A DNA stretch of 64,000 bases from Dehalococcoidia bacterium (GTDB taxonomy: Bacteria > Chloroflexota > Dehalococcoidia > Plut-88900): positions 1,216,001 to 1,280,000 of the forward strand of contig OZ240215.1 of the NCBI GenBank assembly GCA_965197585.1, in the 5' to 3' direction. The number at the start of each line of letters is the position of its first letter. Within the stretch, counting starts at the first letter, position 1. The position numbers and the translations under genes are program-made. Shown here one piece after another: positions 56,339 through 64,000 of this stretch. A model generated the notes under the pieces. The model was given only the letters and a program-made list of their open reading frames with translations, was not told where the DNA came from and did no database searches.

Positions 56339-57556
56339 ATGAAACAAGAGAGCCCCGTCCAGGACGAAGAACGGGTTATCACCGACGAAATGCTGGCTTT
56401 GGCCCGCAGCCGCATCGGCGTCCCTATGAAGGTGCACGTTCCCTTCAATGAGTTCGTTACGGTGGACGCCATAAGGCACTTCGCCCACGGCACCGGCGAC
56501 GATAACCCCCTTTACTGCGACGGGAACTACGGTGCCAAGACCCGGTGGGGCAGCACGATTGCCCCTCCCCTCTTCTACAGAAGCACAGGCAACCCCGAGC
56601 CCCGAGAGTGGAGCAAGGAAGACAGTGTCAGGGCCCGTGACCCCCTCAGCGGCATACATTCCTGGTACGTGGGCGAGACCATCCACTGGCTCCGCCCCAT
56701 CTATCCCAGCGAACAGCTGTTCGCCCGCCGTTTTCGCCAGGACTTCCTCGAAAAACGAAGCTCCTTCACCGGCGGCCGAGCAGTTATCGAGGTGGTCCGA
56801 CAGGAGTTCAGAAACCAGCGCGGAGAATTGGTAGTAGTGGCAGACGAGAAAGAGTTCCGCGGAGGCCGGCAAAAGAAGTGGGGTGAGCGCACGAAATACG
56901 CCCACTATGAGCGCCAAAGCTACACGCCCGATGCCCTCGAAACCCTTGACAGCGCATACGACTCGGAAGCGAGAAGAGGTGGGTCTCCAAGATACTGGGA
57001 GGACGTCGTACAAGGTGAGGCATTGCCACCTTTGGTGAAGGGCCCCCTCATCGTCACCGATATGGTCAACTGGAAAATGGGTAGTGGCTTGGCCATGCTA
57101 TTCCACGGTGCCCACCGACTCGCCTATCAGTGGCGCAAAGCCCACCCCCGAGCCTATGTAACTAACGCCGACGGTATTCCCGACATAGCCGAATCGGTGC
57201 ACTGGGACGAGCATATTGCCCGGCTCACCGGAAACCCTTACCCCTACGACTTCGGCGAGCAAAGGGTGGCTTGGCTCACCCACCTCATCACGGAATGGAT
57301 GGGGGACGACGCTTGGCTCCTCTCTCTTGAAAGCCAAGTCCGCCGCTTTGTCTACATAGGCGACACGGTCTGGATAAGAGGTGAGGTGGCAGATAAGGAG
57401 GCCAGTGACGGCGAGCACCGGGTGACGATCAACGTAAAGGCAGAAGACCACCGGAATGAAGTAACCGCCATCGGCACTGCGACAGTCCTGCTCCCCTCCC
57501 GAGCCGAAGGCCCCGTGACCCTACCACCGAAACTAAATCTGGCCTCGGCAGGTTAG
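56339..57556 (+). CDS. MaoC/FAS1-like double hot-dog acyl-CoA dehydratase
   Basis: IRHFAHGTGDDNPLY, IAPP, WEDV..GE.LP, VHWD and L.TEWMGD motifs; GGAGG RBS. Confidence 0.8.
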   Translation: MKQESPVQDEERVITDEMLALARSRIGVPMKVHVPFNEFVTVDAIRHFAHGTGDDNPLYCDGNYGAKTRWGSTIAPPLFYRSTGNPEPREWSKEDSVRARDPLSGIHSWYVGETIHWLRPIYPSEQLFARRFRQDFLEKRSSFTGGRAVIEVVRQEFRNQRGELVVVADEKEFRGGRQKKWGERTKYAHYERQSYTPDALETLDSAYDSEARRGGSPRYWEDVVQGEALPPLVKGPLIVTDMVNWKMGSGLAMLFHGAHRLAYQWRKAHPRAYVTNADGIPDIAESVHWDEHIARLTGNPYPYDFGEQRVAWLTHLITEWMGDDAWLLSLESQVRRFVYIGDTVWIRGEVADKEASDGEHRVTINVKAEDHRNEVTAIGTATVLLPSRAEGPVTLPPKLNLASAG

Positions 57557-57596
57557 TCTGTAACCTGTCGGCGGCAGAAGGTTCTGCTGTGCGCCA

Positions 57597-59999
57597 TCAC
57601 GCCAGGACCCCTTCCGCCTGTAATCTTCTGACTTCTTCCTCAGACATTTTGAGCAGTCCACTGAAGACGTAGTCGTTGTCTTCACCAAAGCGGTGGCAGC
57701 GTTCTATCTGTGCGGGCGTTTCAGATAAATGGATGAAGGGCCCGGGGTACTCTACAGAGCCTATCTCCGGGTCATCGACGCTGGTGAAAAAACCCCGTGA
57801 GCGGAGATTGGGATCTTCGAAAACGCGTTTCCCATCCTGTACCATCCCCGCCGACACACCGGCCTTTTGTAGAATGTTCATTACTGTCTCGTGTGTCCGC
57901 TCCCGGGTCCACTCTTCTATCCATCGGTCCAACTCATCCTGGTTGGCATGCCGATCGGCCATATCCGCAAACCTCGCATCCCTACACCATGCGGGACTCC
58001 CCAACGCCCGACAAAGGCCTTCCCACTCCTCCTCACTGCCTACAGCAATGGCACACCAGGCATCACTGCCTTTGCACCGATATACACCGTGAGGAGCCAT
58101 CCACGCATGTCGATTGCCCAAAGGCTGGGATACTGTCCCGTTGATGAAATAGTCCAGGTACTCCGTTCCGAGCACAGCCGCCATTGCCTCAGTCTGGGCC
58201 AGTTCGATAAGTTGACCCTCGCCGGTGTGGTCCCTGTAGCGCAATGCAGCCATAATCGCGACGCTGCCCATCGCCGCGCTCAAATAATCGGGAGTCCAGA
58301 CCGGTGGGCCTGCGGGTTCAGGGTCGTCCGGGTAAGACCACAGGTGATATAGACCGGTGATGCTCATGGCAACCGACGCCATTCCCAGGTAATCTCGCTG
58401 GAATCCCGAGAGCCCGAATGCCGGGAGCCGAGCCATGATGATGTCTTTCCTCAGCGCTTTCAGCTCTTCGTAGCCTAAACCCCACCTCTCCATCACCCGG
58501 GGACTGAAGTTCTCCACCACGACATCGCAGAATGGCACAAGTCGTCGAATGACTTCCCGACCTTCCTCCGTCCCCATGTTGACCGTAACGCTTCTCTTGT
58601 TCCGGTTAACGTCGGCGAAGGTGACTTTCTGTTGAAGCACGACCTTCGGGTCCAAGTCCGCTCTGGCCCGACCCCTCTGCTGCCGTGCCTCCGACTCAAC
58701 CTTTATCACCTCCGCCCCATTCTCTCCCAAGACTTGCGTCAGCACCGGCCCTGCTATGGCAAAAGTGAAGTCCAGCACACGAATGCCTTGAAGTGGCGAA
58801 CTCTTTCCGGGCTTACCTGTCCGTCCCGCTTCAACCGAAGGGGACAGCATCGCCGTCTTGGTTGCCGAGAAATCAGTGAGCACATCTACGTTATGTTCAC
58901 CTAAGCCGGGTGCGGGAGCGAAGATCGCACCGGGAGTCTCACTCATCCTGAAGGGGCTGCACACCAACCTGCTTCTGCCCGACACCCGGTGCGCCACGTC
59001 AACGAAAAGGCTCCGTTCCAAAGCATATGGGTCCCGGGTGAACTCGTCAGGCCGGTTGATCGGGCCAATTGGGATCCGGTAGTCCTGTCCTTTTCGGAAC
59101 AGCTCGTCCTTGGTTAACCCCCTCATGAACTCCAGCACTTGGGGTTCTATGAATTCGAGGTTTGCATTGCGTACGTGTCGGTTCTCCCAAATCGGGTCCA
59201 TCAGGGCTTCCGGCCTGCCCATCCATTCGAGCAAGTTGTGCCAGTGCCCACGAGGAATGATTACAATGTGGCAGAAACCGTCGCTGCCAGGGTAAACCCC
59301 CTCCGGCATGCCTCCGCCCAAAGGGCCGCGGTTCCCCTCGCGTGCCAGAACGGCCCTATTGGCGCTGTAGTTCACCACTACGTGCTGCTGTGATGCACTC
59401 ACTTCTTGGCACGACAAATCCACCCGCTGCCCTAGGCCCGTGCTTTCCCGGTATCTCAAAGCCATCAGCATACCAAATGCAGCGTAGGTGGACGCCAATT
59501 GGTATGGCTGGTATTCCGGCTCCGTCAATGGCGCCCGTTCGGGCGAACCGCACAGGTACATTACGCCACCCATGGCCGATACCACGATGCTCGGCGCCTT
59601 GAAGCGGCTGTAGGGCCCATCCAGTCCGAATCCCGTGATCGACGCCACCACCAGGGCCGGGTTTTCTTTCCTCAGGCTCTCGTATTCGAAAGCCCCCTCC
59701 ACCGGGGTCTCGATTATGGCATCGGCGGTGCGGGCCAGTCCTCGGAATGTCTCCCTCCCTTGGCCCGTGGTCAGGTCCAGGGTGACACTCTTCTTGTTGG
59801 TGTTCAGGTGGAGGAAGCGCAGGCTTGCTTCATCTTCCGGAGCTCCGCGCCTGAACGGACCTATGCGCCTTGCCGGATCACCCCCAGGAGGCTCGACCCT
59901 TATAACTTCCGCACCTAGGTCGGCCAGCAGTCGTCCGCATAGCTGCCCCTGCACCCCTGCCAGATCCAGAATGCGTATTCCGCCTAGAGCCGTCTTCAT
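57597..59999 (-). CDS. Tandem two-domain family III CoA-transferase
   Basis: Two CaiB repeats (LLADLGAEVIRVEPP and AGP..GENGAEVIKVES; NTNKKS and NRNKRS). Start set at ATG 59999. Confidence 0.88.
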   Translation of the reverse strand: MKTALGGIRILDLAGVQGQLCGRLLADLGAEVIRVEPPGGDPARRIGPFRRGAPEDEASLRFLHLNTNKKSVTLDLTTGQGRETFRGLARTADAIIETPVEGAFEYESLRKENPALVVASITGFGLDGPYSRFKAPSIVVSAMGGVMYLCGSPERAPLTEPEYQPYQLASTYAAFGMLMALRYRESTGLGQRVDLSCQEVSASQQHVVVNYSANRAVLAREGNRGPLGGGMPEGVYPGSDGFCHIVIIPRGHWHNLLEWMGRPEALMDPIWENRHVRNANLEFIEPQVLEFMRGLTKDELFRKGQDYRIPIGPINRPDEFTRDPYALERSLFVDVAHRVSGRSRLVCSPFRMSETPGAIFAPAPGLGEHNVDVLTDFSATKTAMLSPSVEAGRTGKPGKSSPLQGIRVLDFTFAIAGPVLTQVLGENGAEVIKVESEARQQRGRARADLDPKVVLQQKVTFADVNRNKRSVTVNMGTEEGREVIRRLVPFCDVVVENFSPRVMERWGLGYEELKALRKDIIMARLPAFGLSGFQRDYLGMASVAMSITGLYHLWSYPDDPEPAGPPVWTPDYLSAAMGSVAIMAALRYRDHTGEGQLIELAQTEAMAAVLGTEYLDYFINGTVSQPLGNRHAWMAPHGVYRCKGSDAWCAIAVGSEEEWEGLCRALGSPAWCRDARFADMADRHANQDELDRWIEEWTRERTHETVMNILQKAGVSAGMVQDGKRVFEDPNLRSRGFFTSVDDPEIGSVEYPGPFIHLSETPAQIERCHRFGEDNDYVFSGLLKMSEEEVRRLQAEGVLA

Positions 60000-60021
60000 T
60001 CGCGCTTGTGAGTTGCTGTCC

Positions 60022-60483
60022 TCAGGCCTTCGTCCGATATCCGCCCGTGTAGTAATTCCACGAAAACAGTTTGGACACTTCGACTCGAACAAGGACAGGG
60101 TTAATGGACTGCTTTAGCGATTCCGAGTACCTGAGCCCTGCGTCAGGCCCAAGATACCTCACGCAAATGCGTTCAATGTACTCTCCAGCCTTGGACTCGG
60201 ATTCCTCCACCTCCCCCGAACCGTATATCGTGACCTGTCTGTAGGGATAGTGATCGTCGTCGATGAGAAACGACATCCTCACATCATTTTGGAGTGCCTT
60301 GCCCCTCGGAGCAGCCCTTCCGCAGAAAAAGAACAATTTGTCGTCTTCATACAGATACCAGGTGGCGACAAGATAAGGAAAACCGTCGGGGCTGTTCGAA
60401 GCTGCCCTGGCTACTCGTGGTTCATCCAAAAACCGCCATACTTCTTCGTCGGACATTTTCATAGCACTAGCCCTTTTACCCAC
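60022..60483 (-). CDS. Pyridoxamine-5'-phosphate-oxidase-family split-barrel flavin/F420-binding protein
   Basis: MSDEEVWRFL, DGFPY...WY and C-terminal SW pattern. Confidence 0.75.
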   Translation of the reverse strand: MGKRASAMKMSDEEVWRFLDEPRVARAASNSPDGFPYLVATWYLYEDDKLFFFCGRAAPRGKALQNDVRMSFLIDDDHYPYRQVTIYGSGEVEESESKAGEYIERICVRYLGPDAGLRYSESLKQSINPVLVRVEVSKLFSWNYYTGGYRTKA

Positions 60484-60584
60484 GTTGTCTTAAATACGCA
60501 CGTCATTCCCGACGCCGTGAACATTCTACAGAGGCCCGAGATTCGAGACTACGCAAAGCTCGCCCAGCCACTACCCGCGACTTA

Positions 60585-61523
60585 CTAGAAAATCGCCAGC
60601 GGATTAGCCGGAGACCCGGTGGCATTGTGGAATCTCAGGGGTGCCACAACCATCATGAACTCCCATCGATTCCGCCGCGCACACTCCGCAGCAAGGTCCT
60701 CTAAATTGGCGTTGTCAATGAGCCAAAGCCCCATGTGAGGTATAGCTATCGCATGATTCGGCGACCGGATGCCTTCGTAGCCTGAGGGCCAGACCTCGTT
60801 GGACTGGTCGCCGGCCAGCATGGCTATGTCCCGAGCCCGCCACCACGGTATGCACGACGCATGTGGCCCGGGCCTCGGATCATCCGACGCCGAAAGTTCC
60901 CCGGAATAGCACCGCGCCAAATGCCCCGTTCGAATCAGCAGCACATCCCCGGATTCCACCCTCACACCCTGGGCCTTCTCTGCCTCTTCCAGTTCCTCGG
61001 GGAAGATTGGTTCGGGGTCCATCAGCCACTTCATCCCCCGCAGCCTGGGTATGTCCAGAAGCACCCCTCTCGTAACGACCCCCTGGGCCAGAAGCTCTAT
61101 CGATTCCACCTCGGCCCCCGTGCCGCTCTTGACCAGGTTGGCCGGGAATCCGTTGTACATACGGCCTTCGGCAAAAATGTGGCAGAGAGCATCGACGTGC
61201 GTGATGGAGTTGCCGTGGTAGGCCACACCTATAAAGTCCCCCGATTCCTCAGCATTCGGGCCTGCCTCCCCGGTCTCCGTCATGTAATGGAGCACCTGGG
61301 ACATCGTTTCACCAGGCAGGTCCTTGGATATAGTCCAGGAGCAAGAAACGGACGTGCCGTCCTCCACAAGCCCCGCCGCCTGCCGACGCTTCTCATCGGT
61401 TACCAGGTTCAGCGTTCCCAGCTGGTCGTCGGCGCCCCATCTGCCCCAGTTGGAGCAGCTATCGGCATATCCCAGGACCTCTTCTTCTGTCGGCAATATT
61501 CGGCTGTTCATACTTATTTCCAA
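60585..61523 (-). CDS. Cyclase-family metal-dependent hydrolase (kynurenine formamidase-like)
   Basis: NWGRWGADDQLGTLN, HG..THVDALCH, RGVLLD, GDVLLIRTG and GSPANP motifs. Confidence 0.9.
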   Translation of the reverse strand: MEISMNSRILPTEEEVLGYADSCSNWGRWGADDQLGTLNLVTDEKRRQAAGLVEDGTSVSCSWTISKDLPGETMSQVLHYMTETGEAGPNAEESGDFIGVAYHGNSITHVDALCHIFAEGRMYNGFPANLVKSGTGAEVESIELLAQGVVTRGVLLDIPRLRGMKWLMDPEPIFPEELEEAEKAQGVRVESGDVLLIRTGHLARCYSGELSASDDPRPGPHASCIPWWRARDIAMLAGDQSNEVWPSGYEGIRSPNHAIAIPHMGLWLIDNANLEDLAAECARRNRWEFMMVVAPLRFHNATGSPANPLAIF

Positions 61524-61660
61524 GCTCCTGATAACCTATAGCTAACTTACGAGTCCCCGCAAGTCTTAACCTTTACGATACGGCACGTCAATCATTGTCC
61601 ATTAAGGACACTTGAACGGGCCCGGGACAGTGAGTGTTCGGACTTGCTTCCCACCGACCC

Positions 61661-62164
61661 CTAACCGAGCCTCATCATCTGGTCGGGGGTCATTAGCCAT
61701 TCGAGCCACCCGCACCGGGTACCGCCCAACGATTCCAGCCTGAGCTTACACAACGCGCCCTTCTTTAGACGGATTAACACAGTCGGCTCTCCACTCACGA
61801 CCATCGAGACAAAGCTGCTCAGGTGTGGCTCATGCCCGACAACCATCACGTTGTCCATCGACGCGTGTTTTGAAGCCAGTTCTCCCAAGAGCAGATACGG
61901 ATGCGCCTCCGGCACTAGGGCGTTGGATGTCACTAGCTCGCCGGGTCTTGGAAGGCCGTCTCTGACTATCTGCGCAGTCTGGGTGGCGCGTAGCAGTGGA
62001 CTGCTAATCATCAGGTCAAGAGACAGATCGAGGGCATTCAACCCCTTAACCTGTTGGGTCAGTTTAGTATTCCCGTGTTGCGTCAGCGGCCGTTCGTCGT
62101 CGTTCGGGTACTCGTGCCAATCTCGTTCGGCTGCGACGCCGTGTCTTAGTACGTACAAATCCAT
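61661..62164 (-). CDS. sixA: Phosphohistidine phosphatase SixA
   Basis: LRHG.A, RPLT, SSPLLRA.QTA and VGHEP motifs. Confidence 0.9.
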   Translation of the reverse strand: MDLYVLRHGVAAERDWHEYPNDDERPLTQHGNTKLTQQVKGLNALDLSLDLMISSPLLRATQTAQIVRDGLPRPGELVTSNALVPEAHPYLLLGELASKHASMDNVMVVGHEPHLSSFVSMVVSGEPTVLIRLKKGALCKLRLESLGGTRCGWLEWLMTPDQMMRLG

Positions 62165-62336
62165 GCTAGCTGGAAACCCTCCTAGCCTGGCGGACCAATG
62201 GTGCCCGAGTCCGGCGCAAAACGGTGCGGTTAAATCGTACAGCCTACAGATTATGTCGCCTATCAGCTACATCGAGCAGCATTATGTAACCAAGCCATAG
62301 CCAAAAGCAACAGCATCTCTGGACTAACGCCAACCC

Positions 62337-62365
62337 TTGACACTTCGCTCCCGTGCCAATATCCT
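62337..62365 (+). promoter_or_regulatory. Sigma70-type promoter TTGACA-17-TATCCT
   Basis: Perfect -35 hexamer with 17-nt spacing, just upstream of the riboswitch. Confidence 0.7.
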
Positions 62366-62392
62366 CATTTCCAAATCATAAGCACAAACCAC

Positions 62393-62561
62393 TCCCCGTT
62401 CAGGTGCCCATCCAGGGAGAATAGGGAAGGCGGTGAAAAACCGCCGCGGTAGCGCCACTGTAAGCGGGATTCGGAGTCGGAGTCCACTGTCGGTTAACCG
62501 ATGGGAAGGGCCCGGCACCCGAGATCCACCCCGCAAGCCAGGAGACCTGCCCGAACGGGAG
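62393..62561 (+). ncRNA. Cobalamin (AdoCbl) riboswitch
   Basis: AGGTG..AATAGGGAA-GGCGGTGAAAAACCGCC..GCCACTGTAA..CCACTG..GGGAAG..AAGCCAGGAGACCTGCC (B12 box), upstream of a btuC-like gene. Confidence 0.93.
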
Positions 62562-62629
62562 GTGACCACTCTCCGCATAAGAGAGGGTCCCTAGCGCGTT
62601 GGGCAAGAGTCCCGGACAGAGCGCAACAA

Positions 62630-62665
62630 GACCTCCTGCGGAGACCCGCAGGAGGTCGTTTTTTT
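62630..62665 (+). terminator. Intrinsic terminator/RBS-sequestering hairpin of the riboswitch expression platform
   Basis: GACCTCCTGCGG-AGAC-CCGCAGGAGGTC followed by G and T7; the 3' arm contains AGGAGG. Confidence 0.8.
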
Positions 62666-63740
62666 GAGAGCTCTCAGTCTAAGTACTCTGCGAATCTACC
62701 GCCAAACGGGCGTCGCCACCCGACTCGCGGTCGGCTCGTCAGTCCTCCTTCTCCTCGTCTTGGCAACCGCCCTTGCTTCACTGAGTCTCGGGCCCGTCAA
62801 CATACCCGTAGACCACGTCGCTTCAATTGTCCTGTCATATCTCGGACTCGATTTCGCGACGTTTGGACGCACGGAACAGCTTGTTATCGAGCAGATCAGG
62901 ATTCCAAGGATTCTGGTCGGGGCCCTTGTCGGCATGGCCTTGGGCGTCGCCGGTGCAACCATGCAAGGCCTATTCCGTAACCCAATGGCCGACCCCGGTA
63001 TCATCGGCGTCTCCGCAGGCGGCGCGGTGGGAGCAGTTGTAGCCATCGCCTCTGGGCTGGCCAGCCTCTTCTTCCTGGCCCTGCCCGCATTTGCATTCGT
63101 AGGCGCGGTCGCTGCCTCATTCCTGGTCTACGGCATCGCCGCCGTTGGTGGCCGCTTCTCTATGGCCACGCTGCTTCTTGCAGGAGTGGCCGTTAACGCA
63201 TTCCTGGGGGCCATTGTCTCCGCAATCATCATCCTCTTGCCAGATAACGCATCCCTCCGTGAGATATTGTTCTGGCTTGCAGGCGGCCTCGACTCCCGCT
63301 CCTGGGAGCACGTCCGTATCGCCGCTCCACTGATCCTCGGCGGGACGGCGGTAATAGTAATCATGGCACGAGACCTGAATCTGCTAACTCTCGGCGACGA
63401 TGAGGCTCGCTCCATGGGCGTCCGAGTCGGCCTCACCCGAGTCTCTCTTCTAACGGCTGCGGCCCTGGCAACGGGCGCGGCCGTAGCCGTGAGCGGGACG
63501 ATTGCCTTTGTTGGTCTCGTCACGCCCCACATTCTTCGCCTGGTCCTCGGCCCCGACCACCGGGTCCTGATTCCCATGAGCGCCCTTGGAGGTGCCGTGT
63601 TCGTCGTGCTGGCCGACACGGTTGCCAGGACCATCATCCAACCCGCCGAGTTTCGTGTTGGTGTCCTAACGGCATTTGTCGGGGCGCCCTTTTTCATTTT
63701 TCTGCTAATCAGGAACAAACGGCAGGTCTATTCATTGTGA
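62664..63740 (+). CDS. btuC: FecCD/BtuC-family ABC permease (cobalamin import)
   Basis: IRIPR, QGLFRNPMADPGIIGVSAG, EARSMGV, G.IAFVGL..PH and GAPFF motifs; under a B12 riboswitch. Confidence 0.85.
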   Translation: MRALSLSTLRIYRQTGVATRLAVGSSVLLLLVLATALASLSLGPVNIPVDHVASIVLSYLGLDFATFGRTEQLVIEQIRIPRILVGALVGMALGVAGATMQGLFRNPMADPGIIGVSAGGAVGAVVAIASGLASLFFLALPAFAFVGAVAASFLVYGIAAVGGRFSMATLLLAGVAVNAFLGAIVSAIIILLPDNASLREILFWLAGGLDSRSWEHVRIAAPLILGGTAVIVIMARDLNLLTLGDDEARSMGVRVGLTRVSLLTAAALATGAAVAVSGTIAFVGLVTPHILRLVLGPDHRVLIPMSALGGAVFVVLADTVARTIIQPAEFRVGVLTAFVGAPFFIFLLIRNKRQVYSL

Positions 63741-63771
63741 GATACGGCAATTAAAAGGAGCCCTTGTGTCC

Positions 63772-64000
63772 ATGAGAAAGCCTTGTGCCCTATTCATCCC
63801 CCTTGCGGTCATGCTGGTACTGGTCTTGGCGGCTTGTTCATCCGCAACGCCAACCCCTGCACCAACAACCGCGCCGACCACAATCCCAGTGTCGACACCC
63901 ATTCCCCCCACCACCCAGGCCCCAGCCCCGACAGAGGTTCCAACCGTGCCCTCGGCTCCGACCCCGCCAACGGCCCCTGCTCCTGTTCCTACCGCGCAGC
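63772..64000 (+). CDS. Lipoprotein with a Pro/Thr linker, probably the BtuF-like substrate-binding protein (3'-truncated)
   Basis: AAGGAG RBS; MRKPCALFIPLAVMLVLVLAAC lipobox; runs off the window end. Confidence 0.6.
   Translation, partial: MRKPCALFIPLAVMLVLVLAACSSATPTPAPTTAPTTIPVSTPIPPTTQAPAPTEVPTVPSAPTPPTAPAPVPTAQ

Noticed and set aside
328-63914. The many short overlapping alternative-frame ORFs in the track
   Set aside because: Pro/Arg/Ser-rich shadow ORFs expected in high-GC DNA, overlapping well-supported genes.

Overview
A GC-rich bacterial chromosomal segment. The gene content suggests a SAR202-like Dehalococcoidia/Chloroflexota genome (inference): 8 luciferase-like (LLM) flavin/F420 monooxygenase genes, four of them tandem paralogs, plus 3 amidohydrolase-2 genes, 3 MFS transporters, CoA-transferases, a hydantoinase/oxoprolinase, GGT, RecQ, SixA and a cobalamin riboswitch ahead of a BtuC/F-type ABC importer. 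Main points of interest: (1) a nested, target-specific repeat system, in which two IS481-family copies sit at the same base of one GTCATTCC REP-like palindrome, a ~120-140 bp MITE family inserts into and duplicates the 5-nt loop of a second palindrome, and ~20-nt modules insert into the REPs; (2) an apparently uncharacterised operon of a heme-oxygenase-like diiron enzyme fused to an enolase-superfamily domain, a GH3 amido-synthetase and a YUCCA-like flavin monooxygenase; (3) a twice-occurring promoter + small-ORF module, one copy followed by a 21-bp tandem array and the other flanked by a perfect 19-bp-arm palindrome and a ~400-nt element closed by a 17-bp inverted repeat; (4) an OGG1-hydrolase in-frame fusion and a GNAT pseudogene. 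All family assignments come from motif recognition by eye; no searches were run.
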